DNA of 64,000 bases from the NCBI GenBank assembly GCA_043228905.1, contig JBHGNT010000014.1, positions 14,198,001 to 14,262,000 on the forward strand. Reading direction: 5' to 3'. The stretch comes from Azolla caroliniana (taxonomy: Eukaryota; Plantae; Polypodiophyta). Below are positions 24,684 to 35,105 of this stretch, piece after piece. Each line of letters starts with the position of its first letter. Position 1 is the stretch's first letter. The notes beneath the pieces were generated by a model. The model was not told the origin of the DNA and searched no databases. It worked only from the letters and a program-made list of their open reading frames with translations. Position numbers and translations under genes: made by a program.

Positions 24684-27269
24684 ACACATATTGGGGGAGG
24701 TCTCCCTCTTTAATGCTTACAATGGCAAGTGTTCCTTCATATGTAACTTTTGCATGTATTCAAACTCTGACTTACAAATCAAAGGAAATATATCATCTTG
24801 GGTTTTCATATTTATCTTGGGTTTTCTAACAATATCCCTCTTTGGTTTAGATATGTATGTTTCTTTTACATGAAGTATCTAGTTCTTGGTAAAAAATCTC
24901 ATTGCCTAGTACTTGAGCCTACGTTTAGGGTTTACTAACCTATCAATATCTAAGTTAGGAGTGTTCATTCCAAGTTTTACTCGCCTTGTCACTGTCACAC
25001 ACATGTTAAAAGTGTGTGCATATAACTCTTTAGGAGTTCATATGTATCAAAGTTAGTACAATGCATATCAAGTTAGTACTAAAATTGTGTTAAGATTTTG
25101 CTAATGTACAATGCATATCAAGTTAGTACTAAAACTATGTTAAGAGTTTGCTAACATAATCAATAACTTAACATTCCTATCAATTATAGACAACCACCCA
25201 GATACAATAAACTTAGTTAGGTACTGAGTGACACTTCATCATTAGAGGTAGTAGACTACTAAGTGGCACGAGGCAGTATGAAATTAGCTACAATGCATAT
25301 CAAGTTAGTACTTAAATTGTGTTAAGTGTTTACTAACCTACACATATCTAAGTTAGGAGTGTTCATTCCACTCATACCTTTACATTCTCATTGTCACATG
25401 TGTGCAAAACAAGTAAACCAAAATTGTGTCAAGATGAGGGTAATTAATAACTTTGCATCCAATTGACAATCTGGATAAGTAAACCAAAATAGTGTCAAGA
25501 AGCAGGTAATCAATAACTTTACATTCGGTAATCAACTACATACAACAATCAAAATACAATAAACTTTGGTTTTAGAACTTTGGTTTTAGTTTTTTTCACT
25601 CTTCTTAGATTTCACACCCTTCTTCATCTTAAAGCCACGAGGTAGTAAACTACTTAGTGGCAACTCGTCATTAGAGGGTGAAGCCAAGCTTGAGGGAACA
25701 GTGTGCTCTATTGCAACTGCCTGAGATGCACACAGTTCCAAGAAGATGCGGTCGATAGTCTTACCAGAAATCTCATGGAGGTCATTGGACACATCATTCT
25801 TCAATTTTCCCGACTCCTCTTCGTGGGTAGACACCACTACCACTTTATTAGGAGTACAAACATGTTCCTCATCTTGGGTGCTTGTCTTCATTGCAAACTC
25901 CCCGTTGTTGATGCTAGACACTTGCTCCAAGTGCAAGCTACTTGCAGTATTTTGGACATACACCTCATTCGTAGTACCACCCTCTCCTTCTTCTTGGGTA
26001 GTTGCTACAATCTCCTTAATGATACAATCTTTCCCTAGTTTAAGGTTGCGTGTGGTGTTTTGGACACACACCTCATTCTTTATACAACCATGATCCTCTC
26101 CTTGGGTCAAATTCACATTCCCTGCAAACTCCTTGTATAAGTTGCTTGTCCACTCCAGCTCCTCTTTTTGGGTGATTTCACATTCCTCATGTGTGGTAGC
26201 ATCTGAGCCTAAATAATCAAGATTGCTCCATAAACTACCTGAATCATCTAATGGTATTTATGAATCTCCATGCTCTTCTACTCCTAAATAAAATAGAGGG
26301 ATGCAAGAACAATATCAATTCACATTCTAAAAAAGTGAAGGCACCTAGCCAAATGTTTAAGGTTAAGGGACAAATTTTTACCTACTGTTACATCTTCATC
26401 CTGATCTTTTGTAGATGAGTCTTTGCATATGACTGTGTTTGTCACGTGCGCTGCAAGACGTGGTTTTCATTGGCATCAGAATCGTCATTGTTGCTTGGGA
26501 TGGTCCCAGTTTCAAGTTGGGGCTCTTGATCATGCCAATATTTCACAACACTAACTATATATTAATACACTTGTACATTATTGTCACGTGAAGTAATATG
26601 GTCAAAATAACTATTAGATGAGAGGGCTCCCAACATGTAGCTGGAAGTGAGATAAATTCTTCTTCATATTGTGGCTCTGAATCTGTATCTCCATTTTCAT
26701 TACTCTTTTCTTCCTTGTCTAAAAACAAAAGTACATAGTATTAGTCTAACTCATTAACTTTACAATAGCCACAAGTTTGTCAGAATTTGTATTACCTACC
26801 ACAACAATCAACTTTCCATTTCTTCCCCTTTCCATACAATTTCCTTGCAGCATTACGCTTCTTCGTACGCTCTTTGATAGAAACATAATAAATTAGTAGT
26901 ATACCAACATTTTAGAAATTAGAAGTGCAAACACAATTAGCATTACCATTCAGATAGTCAGGGCGTGCCGAGCTAGGCGATTTTTTTTCAAGCAACACAT
27001 CTTCAACTATTCCAATGGCCCTTCTCATACATTCATCTTCATCATAAATTTCATCAGGTACCACTAAGGAACGACCGTGGACTTTGGAATTTGCAACGGA
27101 CTCTATACGTAGTATCGCGGGGCCGGGTTTGTTAATTACCTTCCTTGGTATGGTGTTTTGCTAGATACTACAACATTCATCTTATAAGCATACATATTAT
27201 AAGAGTACATATTATAACATGAGTCCAAAATTATAAATATTATTAGTACTTATTCAACTAATCACGAAG

Positions 27270-28110
27270 CAATACAATGTAATCAGTAATGTTAGTACTT
27301 AATCAACAACTTAGGAACTTAAAGGAATATAGTATTGATCCACCTAAACATGCATATTTCATCTGGTAATGAACAATGTTAGTACTAAAAAGCCAACACA
27401 TTCATGTCTATTTGTTCGGTCATGCAAAGCCTAAGTTAAGTGGACACAAAAAGTACAATGCAATAAGCAATGTTAGTACTAATACAAGTTATACAACTAA
27501 ACATTTAAGACCCTCGGTACCAAATAATCAATATTGAATCAATTGATCACAAAGGAATACAATATAATTAGTATTGTTAGTACTTAATCAACAACTTAGG
27601 AACTTAAAGGAATAGTACTAATCCACCTAGACATGCATATTTCATCTAGTAATGAACAATGTTAGTACTAAAAAGCCAAGACCTTCATGCCTATTTGTTC
27701 AGTCATGCAAAGCCTAAGTCAAGTGGACTCAAAAAGTACAATGCAATTAACCAATGTTAGTACTAATACAAGTTATACAACTAAGCATTTAAGACCTTCC
27801 GTACTAAATAATCAGTATTGTTAGTACTTAATCACATCTTAGGAACTTAAAGGAATAGTACTGAACCACCTGGACATGCATATTTTATCTGGTAACAAAC
27901 AATGTTAGTACTAAACAGCCAACATCGACATGCCTATTTGTTCGATCATGCAAAGCCTAAGTCAAGTGGACACAAAAAGTACAATGCAATAAACAATGTT
28001 AGTACTAATACAAGTTATACAACTAAACATTTAAGACCTTTAGTACTAAATAATCTGCACTAAATCAATTGATCATCCTGGATTACAATGTAATCAATAA
28101 TGTTAGTATT
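27270..28110. repeat. Tandem repeat of about 245-285 bp (about 3 copies) built from an AATGTTAGTACT sub-motif
   Basis: gttagtacttaatc..ttaggaacttaaaggaata recurs near 27291, 27577 and 27820. A related motif (caatgcatatcaagttagtact) recurs at 25050-25320. Confidence 0.85.
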
Positions 28111-29221
28111 GAATCATGAAAAAAAGATCTTGAGGAAACAGTACTCATAGGTATAAGAACAGAACCAAAGGTAAAATTATAAAATCATAGTATACAAATT
28201 GCATAATGCTTAATCACAAACCATAGGAGTGTACTTTCAAACCCCAAGCTAGGTATCATTCGGCTCCAACTGTACTTTTACAGTCCAAACATATATTTTC
28301 TTTCTCGAAATGGTACTTAGCGCATAAAAAATGATATGTGTGCAAGAATGGTGTAATGATAAGCATCCATAGACTCAAGCTTGAATCCAAGGCCACAGAA
28401 TAAACACCTTCAATAACGAGACACAACATACACTATATTAGCACCAATGATATTTTATACCATAGAAGGTCAAAAAGGAGAAATATAAACCATTACCGTG
28501 ATATAATAATGTTTATAATTGTACTTTCCATGCAAGCGGGGTGTTCAACTAAGTCTGGACACGGAATATCTAAACCTTTTTCTTTTAGGCCCTTCATCAA
28601 ACATGTTAGGTTCTCTGAATGCAACTTTAAGATTGATAATTGCTCATCAATTTCAGAACGAGAAGACCACCATGTCTCTAGATCTTTCTTCTGTGCTTCT
28701 AGATGAGTACCCATAGTTGTGAGCTCCTTCAACTCCTCTTTTAACACATCGCTTTCAAAATTTTGGATTGTTGATGCCATCCATTCGTATGTATTCGACA
28801 TAGATGTGAATTGTTTCTCTGCTACCATCTCACCAGTTGAAACTTCTTCCAAATTGGTCAACAATGCTTGCATTTTTGTTTGCATGGAAGCTATACAGCA
28901 TAACAATCGCTCTTCTCAGTGTGGCTTTTTGTTTTGCAATTTGTTGAGTCAACACAGATGTCCGAGTTGGGATTTCAATATGAGAGGTACCCTCAAACTT
29001 CATGGTAGTGTTGGTACTTGAGGACCCTCTATAATGTGATGATCGATGATGAGCAAAATCTTCCCAATCAACTTCAATGCCACCATGGAGTTCACATACA
29101 AATGCACGTGCAAAGATAGATCCTACCTCATTGTTTAGGATATGTTTTGTATCATAAACTTATTCATATCGTGACTTTAGTTCAATGATATAATCCTTCT
29201 TCAATTGAGTGAGGTGGAAAT

Positions 29222-29835
29222 TGTTAGGAAACAGGTCCCTCCGGATGGGAAGTGAGAAGAACAGTGAATCTAGATGTGGAGTACCCGGCAATGGAAGACC
29301 CGGTGAGAACCGGATGTGGAGTACCCGGCAAGGAAGACCCGGTGAGAACCGGATGTTGCAGGCCCGGAGTGAACCTCTCATCGGATGGAAGGGACATATA
29401 TGTAAATATGTTCTAGAGAGCCCACTAGGGCTATATTTGCAAATAGCCCAAAAGTCACATTAGTATAAATATGACCTACGGCAAACTTAATAGCGATGAT
29501 GATAGAGTTATTGGTGTAACCTTTGTACAGTGCGTAAGAGAGAGAGAGAGCGATATACAGAGATTGTGTCTCTGTTGTAACCGCCGCTAGGCGAAGATTG
29601 TGAGCAAGAGGTCGTTGCCTTTGTGCTCCCTGTTGTATTACTTTACAGAGTGATAGGTTGGAGTGTGTGGACTCCCGTGGTTTTTCCCTCTCAGGGTTTT
29701 CCACATTAATATCCTGTGTATTCTCTTTCTGTTTTGTGTACTTACCTCCATTCCCATTTCGTCTGTGTTTTTTATTGTCATCAAGTGATCTACGCTTCGG
29801 TTGTGGCCGGAGATTAATCAGCGTATTCCACGTCA
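29222..29835 (+). mobile_element. Solo LTR related to copia B
   Basis: TGTTAGGAAACAGGTCCCTCCGGATGGGAAG..CGTCA, homologous to the LTR at 13889. TSD GAAAT/GAAAC with one mismatch. Confidence 0.85.
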
Positions 29836-30296
29836 GAAACCTCTCCTTGTCTCGGGTTGTGATGAGCCCCAAGTTTTCATCATCCACATGTCTAGGTCTT
29901 CATAAGTGTCAGATCGTGCACGAAAGAAATAACCCCATCCAAATTTTGTACCTCGAAGGATGTTTGTGTGAATCTTCTTATCGTGAGTTGTTGAAAACTT
30001 CGACCTCCCTCTGGTGGGGGTCATCTTACTTTCTTTGATGGGGGTCCTTTTTCTTTCCTTGCACGGTGTGTTGACATTTTCTTTGACCATTTTCTTCTTC
30101 GTGGGTGTCTTCCTTGTCATTAGAATCATCTCTCTCTTCTTTGCCTCACATGCACAACAATAGTAAATAACAGTAAATCATGCACAACAATAGTGAACAA
30201 TTGTAAAGAATTAGGTAAGTAATTAAGCAAGGGTTAATTAGTACCTAATTATGTGATTAGTTGATAAGCGAAAGATTAAGTGATATGTGTGTGAGA

Positions 30297-30344
<48 letters not shown>

Positions 30345-32133
30345 CACTTATGAACAACACAAGATGGGGGATGAGTAACTATATTAAATTAGCAGTATCA
30401 TTATCATCAAATACAAAAATACCATCAATGAGGTATATATAGATCTCATGTGCAAGGGTGCACATGTGTGAGGAGAATATAGGTACAACCGTGTAAGTTC
30501 TATATTAAATGACCTTGGGAGTGGAAGATCTAGAATATCCTACTTAAGTACAAGGTCCTATTTAAGTCGTTATAGTCAACACTTCTAACTAGATTCTATC
30601 TAGGTAACTACGAAGTTACATGGTTGACTAACTAACTAAACTAAGTTGAGCTTGATCTCTCAACACGCCCCCTCAAGCTCAAGTGTGAGGCGCCCGACAT
30701 CCGCTTTGGCTGCTTTTGTCGGCTTCGTGTGCTTTCGTCCAGCCTTCGACTTTCTTCGCCGTGGCAATCTCGGTTGCTCCCCCTCAAGACGGTGACGAAG
30801 GCTTGTAGTGTGTCGGCGAAGGTCCACTACTTCCACCAATCGTGGGTTATGAGCCATTTCGGTGCAGCTCTTGGGCTCTTGTTCTACTGCTACCTTCATC
30901 GTGATGGCATAATGATGGACCATGTACTTGTTGTAGTCGTGCTAAGTGATGGGGTTCTTAGCTCTAGATGAGCGTCGAAGTTTATCGCTCATCAATGTGA
31001 GTGCCTTCTTTACTCCCGATATCCGCATGATGGGTACACCGAACTCGTTGTCTAGTGAGGGAGTTGATCCATCCGAATCATTGTCGTCGGGGCGGTCAAC
31101 TTCATATTCGGGCATCTTACCTTTGCCTTTGTCCAAGTTCGTACTTGGCCGCGACGTGCTTGGGTCGTGTGGGGGCTCTTGTGGCCCACTAGGCTTTGAC
31201 GTAATCGGACTTTCTTCGAACATGTGTTCGAAGTGATCTCCATCTTCTACCTCTTGTTCGGTGGATTCCGGGTCAAGCGGAGTCGGAGTCGAAGTTGTCT
31301 CTGGTGCGTACCAAGATGCGGACTCGTCGAAGACTACGTCTCGACTTACCCAAACCGAGCGGGTAGAATGGTTGTAGCACTTGTATGCCTTCTTCTCAGA
31401 CGAGTATCCTATGAGGATACATTCCTTCGACTTCGCATTGGGCTTCTGCTGTTGTTCATTCAGGATGCGTACATTTGCAATGCTTCTGAACACCTTGAGG
31501 TGCGACAGGATCGGCTTCCTTTTGACGAGGAGCGCGTATGGAGTTAGCTCATGCACTCCATTAGTGGTGCATCGATTCATGAGATAGACGGTCGTGGATG
31601 TTGCTTCGGCCCAATAGAAATTTGGCATGTGCTTCTCATGCATCATGGCGTGTGCTACCTTGAGTATTTGCCGTTTCTTCCTTTCGGCTACTCCATTTTG
31701 TTGGGGTGTGTGTCGGCACGAGAATTCTCTCCGAATGCCTTCACTTTGGAGATAGGAGGTGAATTCGTCAGAGAAGTACTCCTTGCTGCCTCCATCCGAT
31801 TGTAGGCATCGAATGTGCCGACCAGTTTCTTTTTCGACTTGGCCCTTGAGCTTTTGGAAGTGGGAGAACACTTCGCTCTTCTTCTTCATCGGGCAGATCC
31901 ACGCGTAGCGCAAGTGGTCGTCGATAAAGGTGACATAGAATTGGCATTCGCCGATCGTCGGCATTTGAGCCGATCCCCATACATCCGAGTGTATGATGTC
32001 GAGGAGGCCTTTGCTCGCGTTGTCGTAGTGTATTTCGTACACTACGTGAAAAAAGTAAAAATAATATAACCGATTTAATTACATATAAATAAATAAAATA
32101 ATATATGAAGATATTTATCACGTGCATAGGGCA

Positions 32134-32187
32134 GGATTCGAACCCTGTACCTCCACGTAGCCAAACCTCAACTTTACCATTATGCTA
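32134..32187 (-). promoter_or_regulatory. tRNA-type Pol III A/B-box cassette in LTR (repeated at 34467-34520 and 36800-36853)
   Basis: Minus strand: TAGCATAATGGT (32187-32176), 31 nt, GGTTCGAATCC (32144-32134) inside a CAGG..CCTG T-arm-like stem. Downstream T runs at 32098-32095, 32061-32057 and 32054-32049. Confidence 0.72.
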
Positions 32188-32738
32188 CCTTATCTTTAGT
32201 GTTCTATAAATAGATTTAATAACTATAACTACTTTATTTGCACCTACCTTTATTAAAAGGTAAATCGTGCATTTTTAGAGTGCGTGAATATTTTATAGAA
32301 AACTAAAAAAGTGACTCATGCACATCTAGCGTGCATGAGCACTATATTTAGCAAATAAAAGCAAGGATTAAGAAAGCATCACATGCACATTTAGTGTGCA
32401 TGAACATATTAGAAAAAGCATGTAGCTATGTTTAGTCTCTCCCATCACTATATAAGGATGGGGAGCACATTGTAGTTTTTGTTGATTATTTTTCTATAAT
32501 GATCAATCAATCTAAAATATTCGTGGGATTCACGAATTTGCTAAAATAATTCTCTCTTACTACCTAAATATTGACTAAATATACTAAACTCGTGGGATTC
32601 ACGAGATTCTTATCTTATAACTCTTTATACCTATTCTATACTAGCCTTATTTGTATTTTTCTTTTCTCCTAGTCCAAAACCCCGGTGGTTCCCACCCGAC
32701 TCACGCAAACGATCCGGAGCCGAAAGGCACGACACAGT

Positions 32739-32756
32739 TGGTGAACCCGACGTGAA
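32739..32756 (+). promoter_or_regulatory. Primer binding site, tRNA-Trp (second copy 35072-35089)
   Basis: TGGTGAACCCGACGTGAA, an 18/18 complement of the plant tRNA-Trp 3' end, 4 nt after the LTR. Confidence 0.9.
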
Positions 32757-32772
32757 GGCGGGTGGCAAGGAG

Positions 32773-34425
32773 ATGGAGAATCAACAAGAGGCGATGAACA
32801 TGATGATGATGATGTTCGAGAGAATGCTACAAGAACAACGCGAGATGTCGGAGATCACGACAGTAGTACAACGGCTCGTGCAACAGAACGGGCAATTCGA
32901 TGGAAAGGACGTGTCACGCTATCTACGTGACTACAAAATGGAGATGTTGCGATATGGTATCTCAGAAAGATTGCAAGTGTTATCTTTCAACCGGGTGGCT
33001 ACGGATGAGCTTCAAGAGAGAATCCACGAGATACGACAACAAAGCCCGATGTGGGAGTCCTTTGAAGAAGCTATACGAGACACATATGACTATCTAAGAC
33101 CGAAGCGGACGAGGACATGGTCCACGAACGGCGGTCAACAGTGGGTGAAAAGCGGCCACCGACTACCACCGAAGGAGAGCTTGATGCGGAAGGGTTCGGA
33201 GATGCATGAAAAGTCGCAAGTCGACATTGAAGGGGAGCTTAAAACCGAACCAAAGTCGAGGCCAACAAAGGACGAGGAGGAGGAAGATCGAGGACGAAAG
33301 GGTATCCCCACACCGGTTCCAGAGACTTCGGCGGCTGTGCCCGTGCACCAACGTGAGACCGGAGAGACGGAATGTGTCGGTGGAAAAGTGGAGGACCGGA
33401 AGGGCAACGAGGAAGACAAAGTAAATGAGCACGAACGAAGGGATTCCTTCACCATTGTTTCGGAGACTTCGGTACTGGAGCCCGGGTGTCGACATAACAC
33501 CGAAGATAAGGAAAGTGGCGGCAACGAAACGAAGGTCGAAGCCGATGCATACGAAGGAGAGATAGCCAAGGAGAACATGGCTATGGGTGAAACAACGGAA
33601 GATGATAATACCGAGGATTCCTACCCACTAATTCTAGAGACTTCGGCGGTTGTGTCCGAGAACCAACGTGAGACCGGAGAGACGGGAGGTGGCAACAAGG
33701 AAGGTAAAGTCGGAAGCCGGTTCGGATGGAAGATGATCCGTCTGAAATTCCGATGTAAACAAAAGCATGACAACGCGAAGGTCGGGTCTACGATGGGAGA
33801 AGCATGTAATACGGAGCACGCACTACGGCACCAAAAGAAGCACGTGCTACGGCGTAAAGAGAAGCACACGCTACGGCGCAAAAAGAAGCACGCGCTACGG
33901 TGCAAAAATAAGCATGCACTACGGGGTAATACGGCGCATGCACTACGATGGAATACGAAGCATGCGCTACGGCCTAATACGACGCATGCGCAACATCGAG
34001 AAATAAAGCATGCATTAAAGCCGCACAAGGACCTAACAGCGAGCGCGTATTTGGAGGTCAACATCGACGCGTGGGTAGAACCTACGGAAGACAAGCGCGG
34101 AGTGGAGAGAGACAACACACCGAGATGCTCAAGAGTACCACAAGGGACCATGACAACCACTCATGGCAATGCAAAGAATGAACAAAGAATATGGTGGATC
34201 GGATGGCGACAATGGTTCGGGTGGAAAGAATGGGTCTACTCAAAATGGAGAGACAAAGTTGACATAGTGGGACAAACGGAGGATGAAGGGGAGACAACGA
34301 GCATCGGCAACTTCGGCACATACCGGAGGATGTGCGGGTTCGGAGGGGGCGAGTGTCGTAGTGTATTTCGTACACTACGTGAAAAAAGTAAAAATAATAT
34401 AACCGATTTAATTACATATAAATAA
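32773..34425 (+). CDS. Gag-derived protein of about 550 aa with an acidic middle region and KHALR repeats (copy 1)
   Basis: Uninterrupted ORF. The N-terminus (GQFDGKDVSRYLRDYKMEML..LQERIHEIRQQSPMWESFEEAI) aligns with the gag at ~20300-20600 (GRFSGKDATKYLASYGAEML..IHAEVLEVRAESRTWEEFEGRL). First ATG at 32773; the stop lies inside the next LTR. Confidence 0.75.
   Translation: MENQQEAMNMMMMMFERMLQEQREMSEITTVVQRLVQQNGQFDGKDVSRYLRDYKMEMLRYGISERLQVLSFNRVATDELQERIHEIRQQSPMWESFEEAIRDTYDYLRPKRTRTWSTNGGQQWVKSGHRLPPKESLMRKGSEMHEKSQVDIEGELKTEPKSRPTKDEEEEDRGRKGIPTPVPETSAAVPVHQRETGETECVGGKVEDRKGNEEDKVNEHERRDSFTIVSETSVLEPGCRHNTEDKESGGNETKVEADAYEGEIAKENMAMGETTEDDNTEDSYPLILETSAVVSENQRETGETGGGNKEGKVGSRFGWKMIRLKFRCKQKHDNAKVGSTMGEACNTEHALRHQKKHVLRRKEKHTLRRKKKHALRCKNKHALRGNTAHALRWNTKHALRPNTTHAQHREIKHALKPHKDLTASAYLEVNIDAWVEPTEDKRGVERDNTPRCSRVPQGTMTTTHGNAKNEQRIWWIGWRQWFGWKEWVYSKWRDKVDIVGQTEDEGETTSIGNFGTYRRMCGFGGGECRSVFRTLREKSKNNITDLITYK
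33814..34029 (+). repeat. 24-bp coding minisatellite, about 9 units (KHALRxxx); second copy 36147-36362
   Basis: Conserved core aagca(c/t)gc(a/g)ctacgg plus 9 variable nt per unit. Confidence 0.88.
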
Positions 34426-35105
34426 ATAAAATAATATATGAAGATATTTATCACGTGCATAGGGCAGGATTCGAACCCTGTACCTCCACGTAGCCAAACC
34501 TCAACTTTACCATTATGCTACCTTATCTTTAGTGTTCTATAAATAGATTTAATAACTATAACTACTTTATTTGCACCTACCTTTATTAAAAGGTAAATCG
34601 TGCATTTTTAGAGTGCGTGAATATTTTATAGAAAACTAAAAAAGTGACTCATGCACATCTAGCGTGCATGAGCACTATATTTAGCAAATAAAAGCAAGGA
34701 TTAAGAAAGCATCACATGCACATTTAGTGTGCATGAACATATTAGAAAAAGCATGTAGCTATGTTTAGTCTCTCCCATCACTATATAAGGATGGGGAGCA
34801 CATTGTAGTTTTTGTTGATTATTTTTCTATAATGATCAATCAATCTAAAATATTCGTGGGATTCACGAATTTGCTAAAATAATTCTCTCTTACTACCTAA
34901 ATATTGACTAAATATACTAAACTCGTGGGATTCACGAGATTCTTATCTTATAACTCTTTATACCTATTCTATACTAGCCTTATTTGTATTTTTCTTTTCT
35001 CCTAGTCCAAAACCCCGGTGGTTCCCACCCGACTCACGCAAACGATCCGGAGCCGAAAGGCACGACACAGTTGGTGAACCCGACGTGAAGGCGGGTGGCA
35101 AGGAG

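Larger units (their letters stand above)
25586..30130 (-). pseudogene. Decayed multi-exon gene of unknown function (probably transposon cargo or accessory gene)
   Basis: ORF pieces 25586-26116, 28493-28906 and 29833-30129, with short AT-rich gaps bounded by GT/AG on the minus strand (near 26283-26381, 26719-26795, 27161 and 28496). Confidence 0.45.

Noticed and set aside
32120-32200. Functional tRNA gene
   Set aside because: The acceptor and anticodon stems do not pair properly; only the A/B boxes and a T-arm-like stem are present. The same holds for 5724-5913.
33814-34029. Conserved-core plus variable-spacer array resembling CRISPR
   Set aside because: The period is only 24 bp with 9-nt variable parts, it is in frame inside an ORF, the context is eukaryotic and there are no cas genes. 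It is a coding minisatellite.
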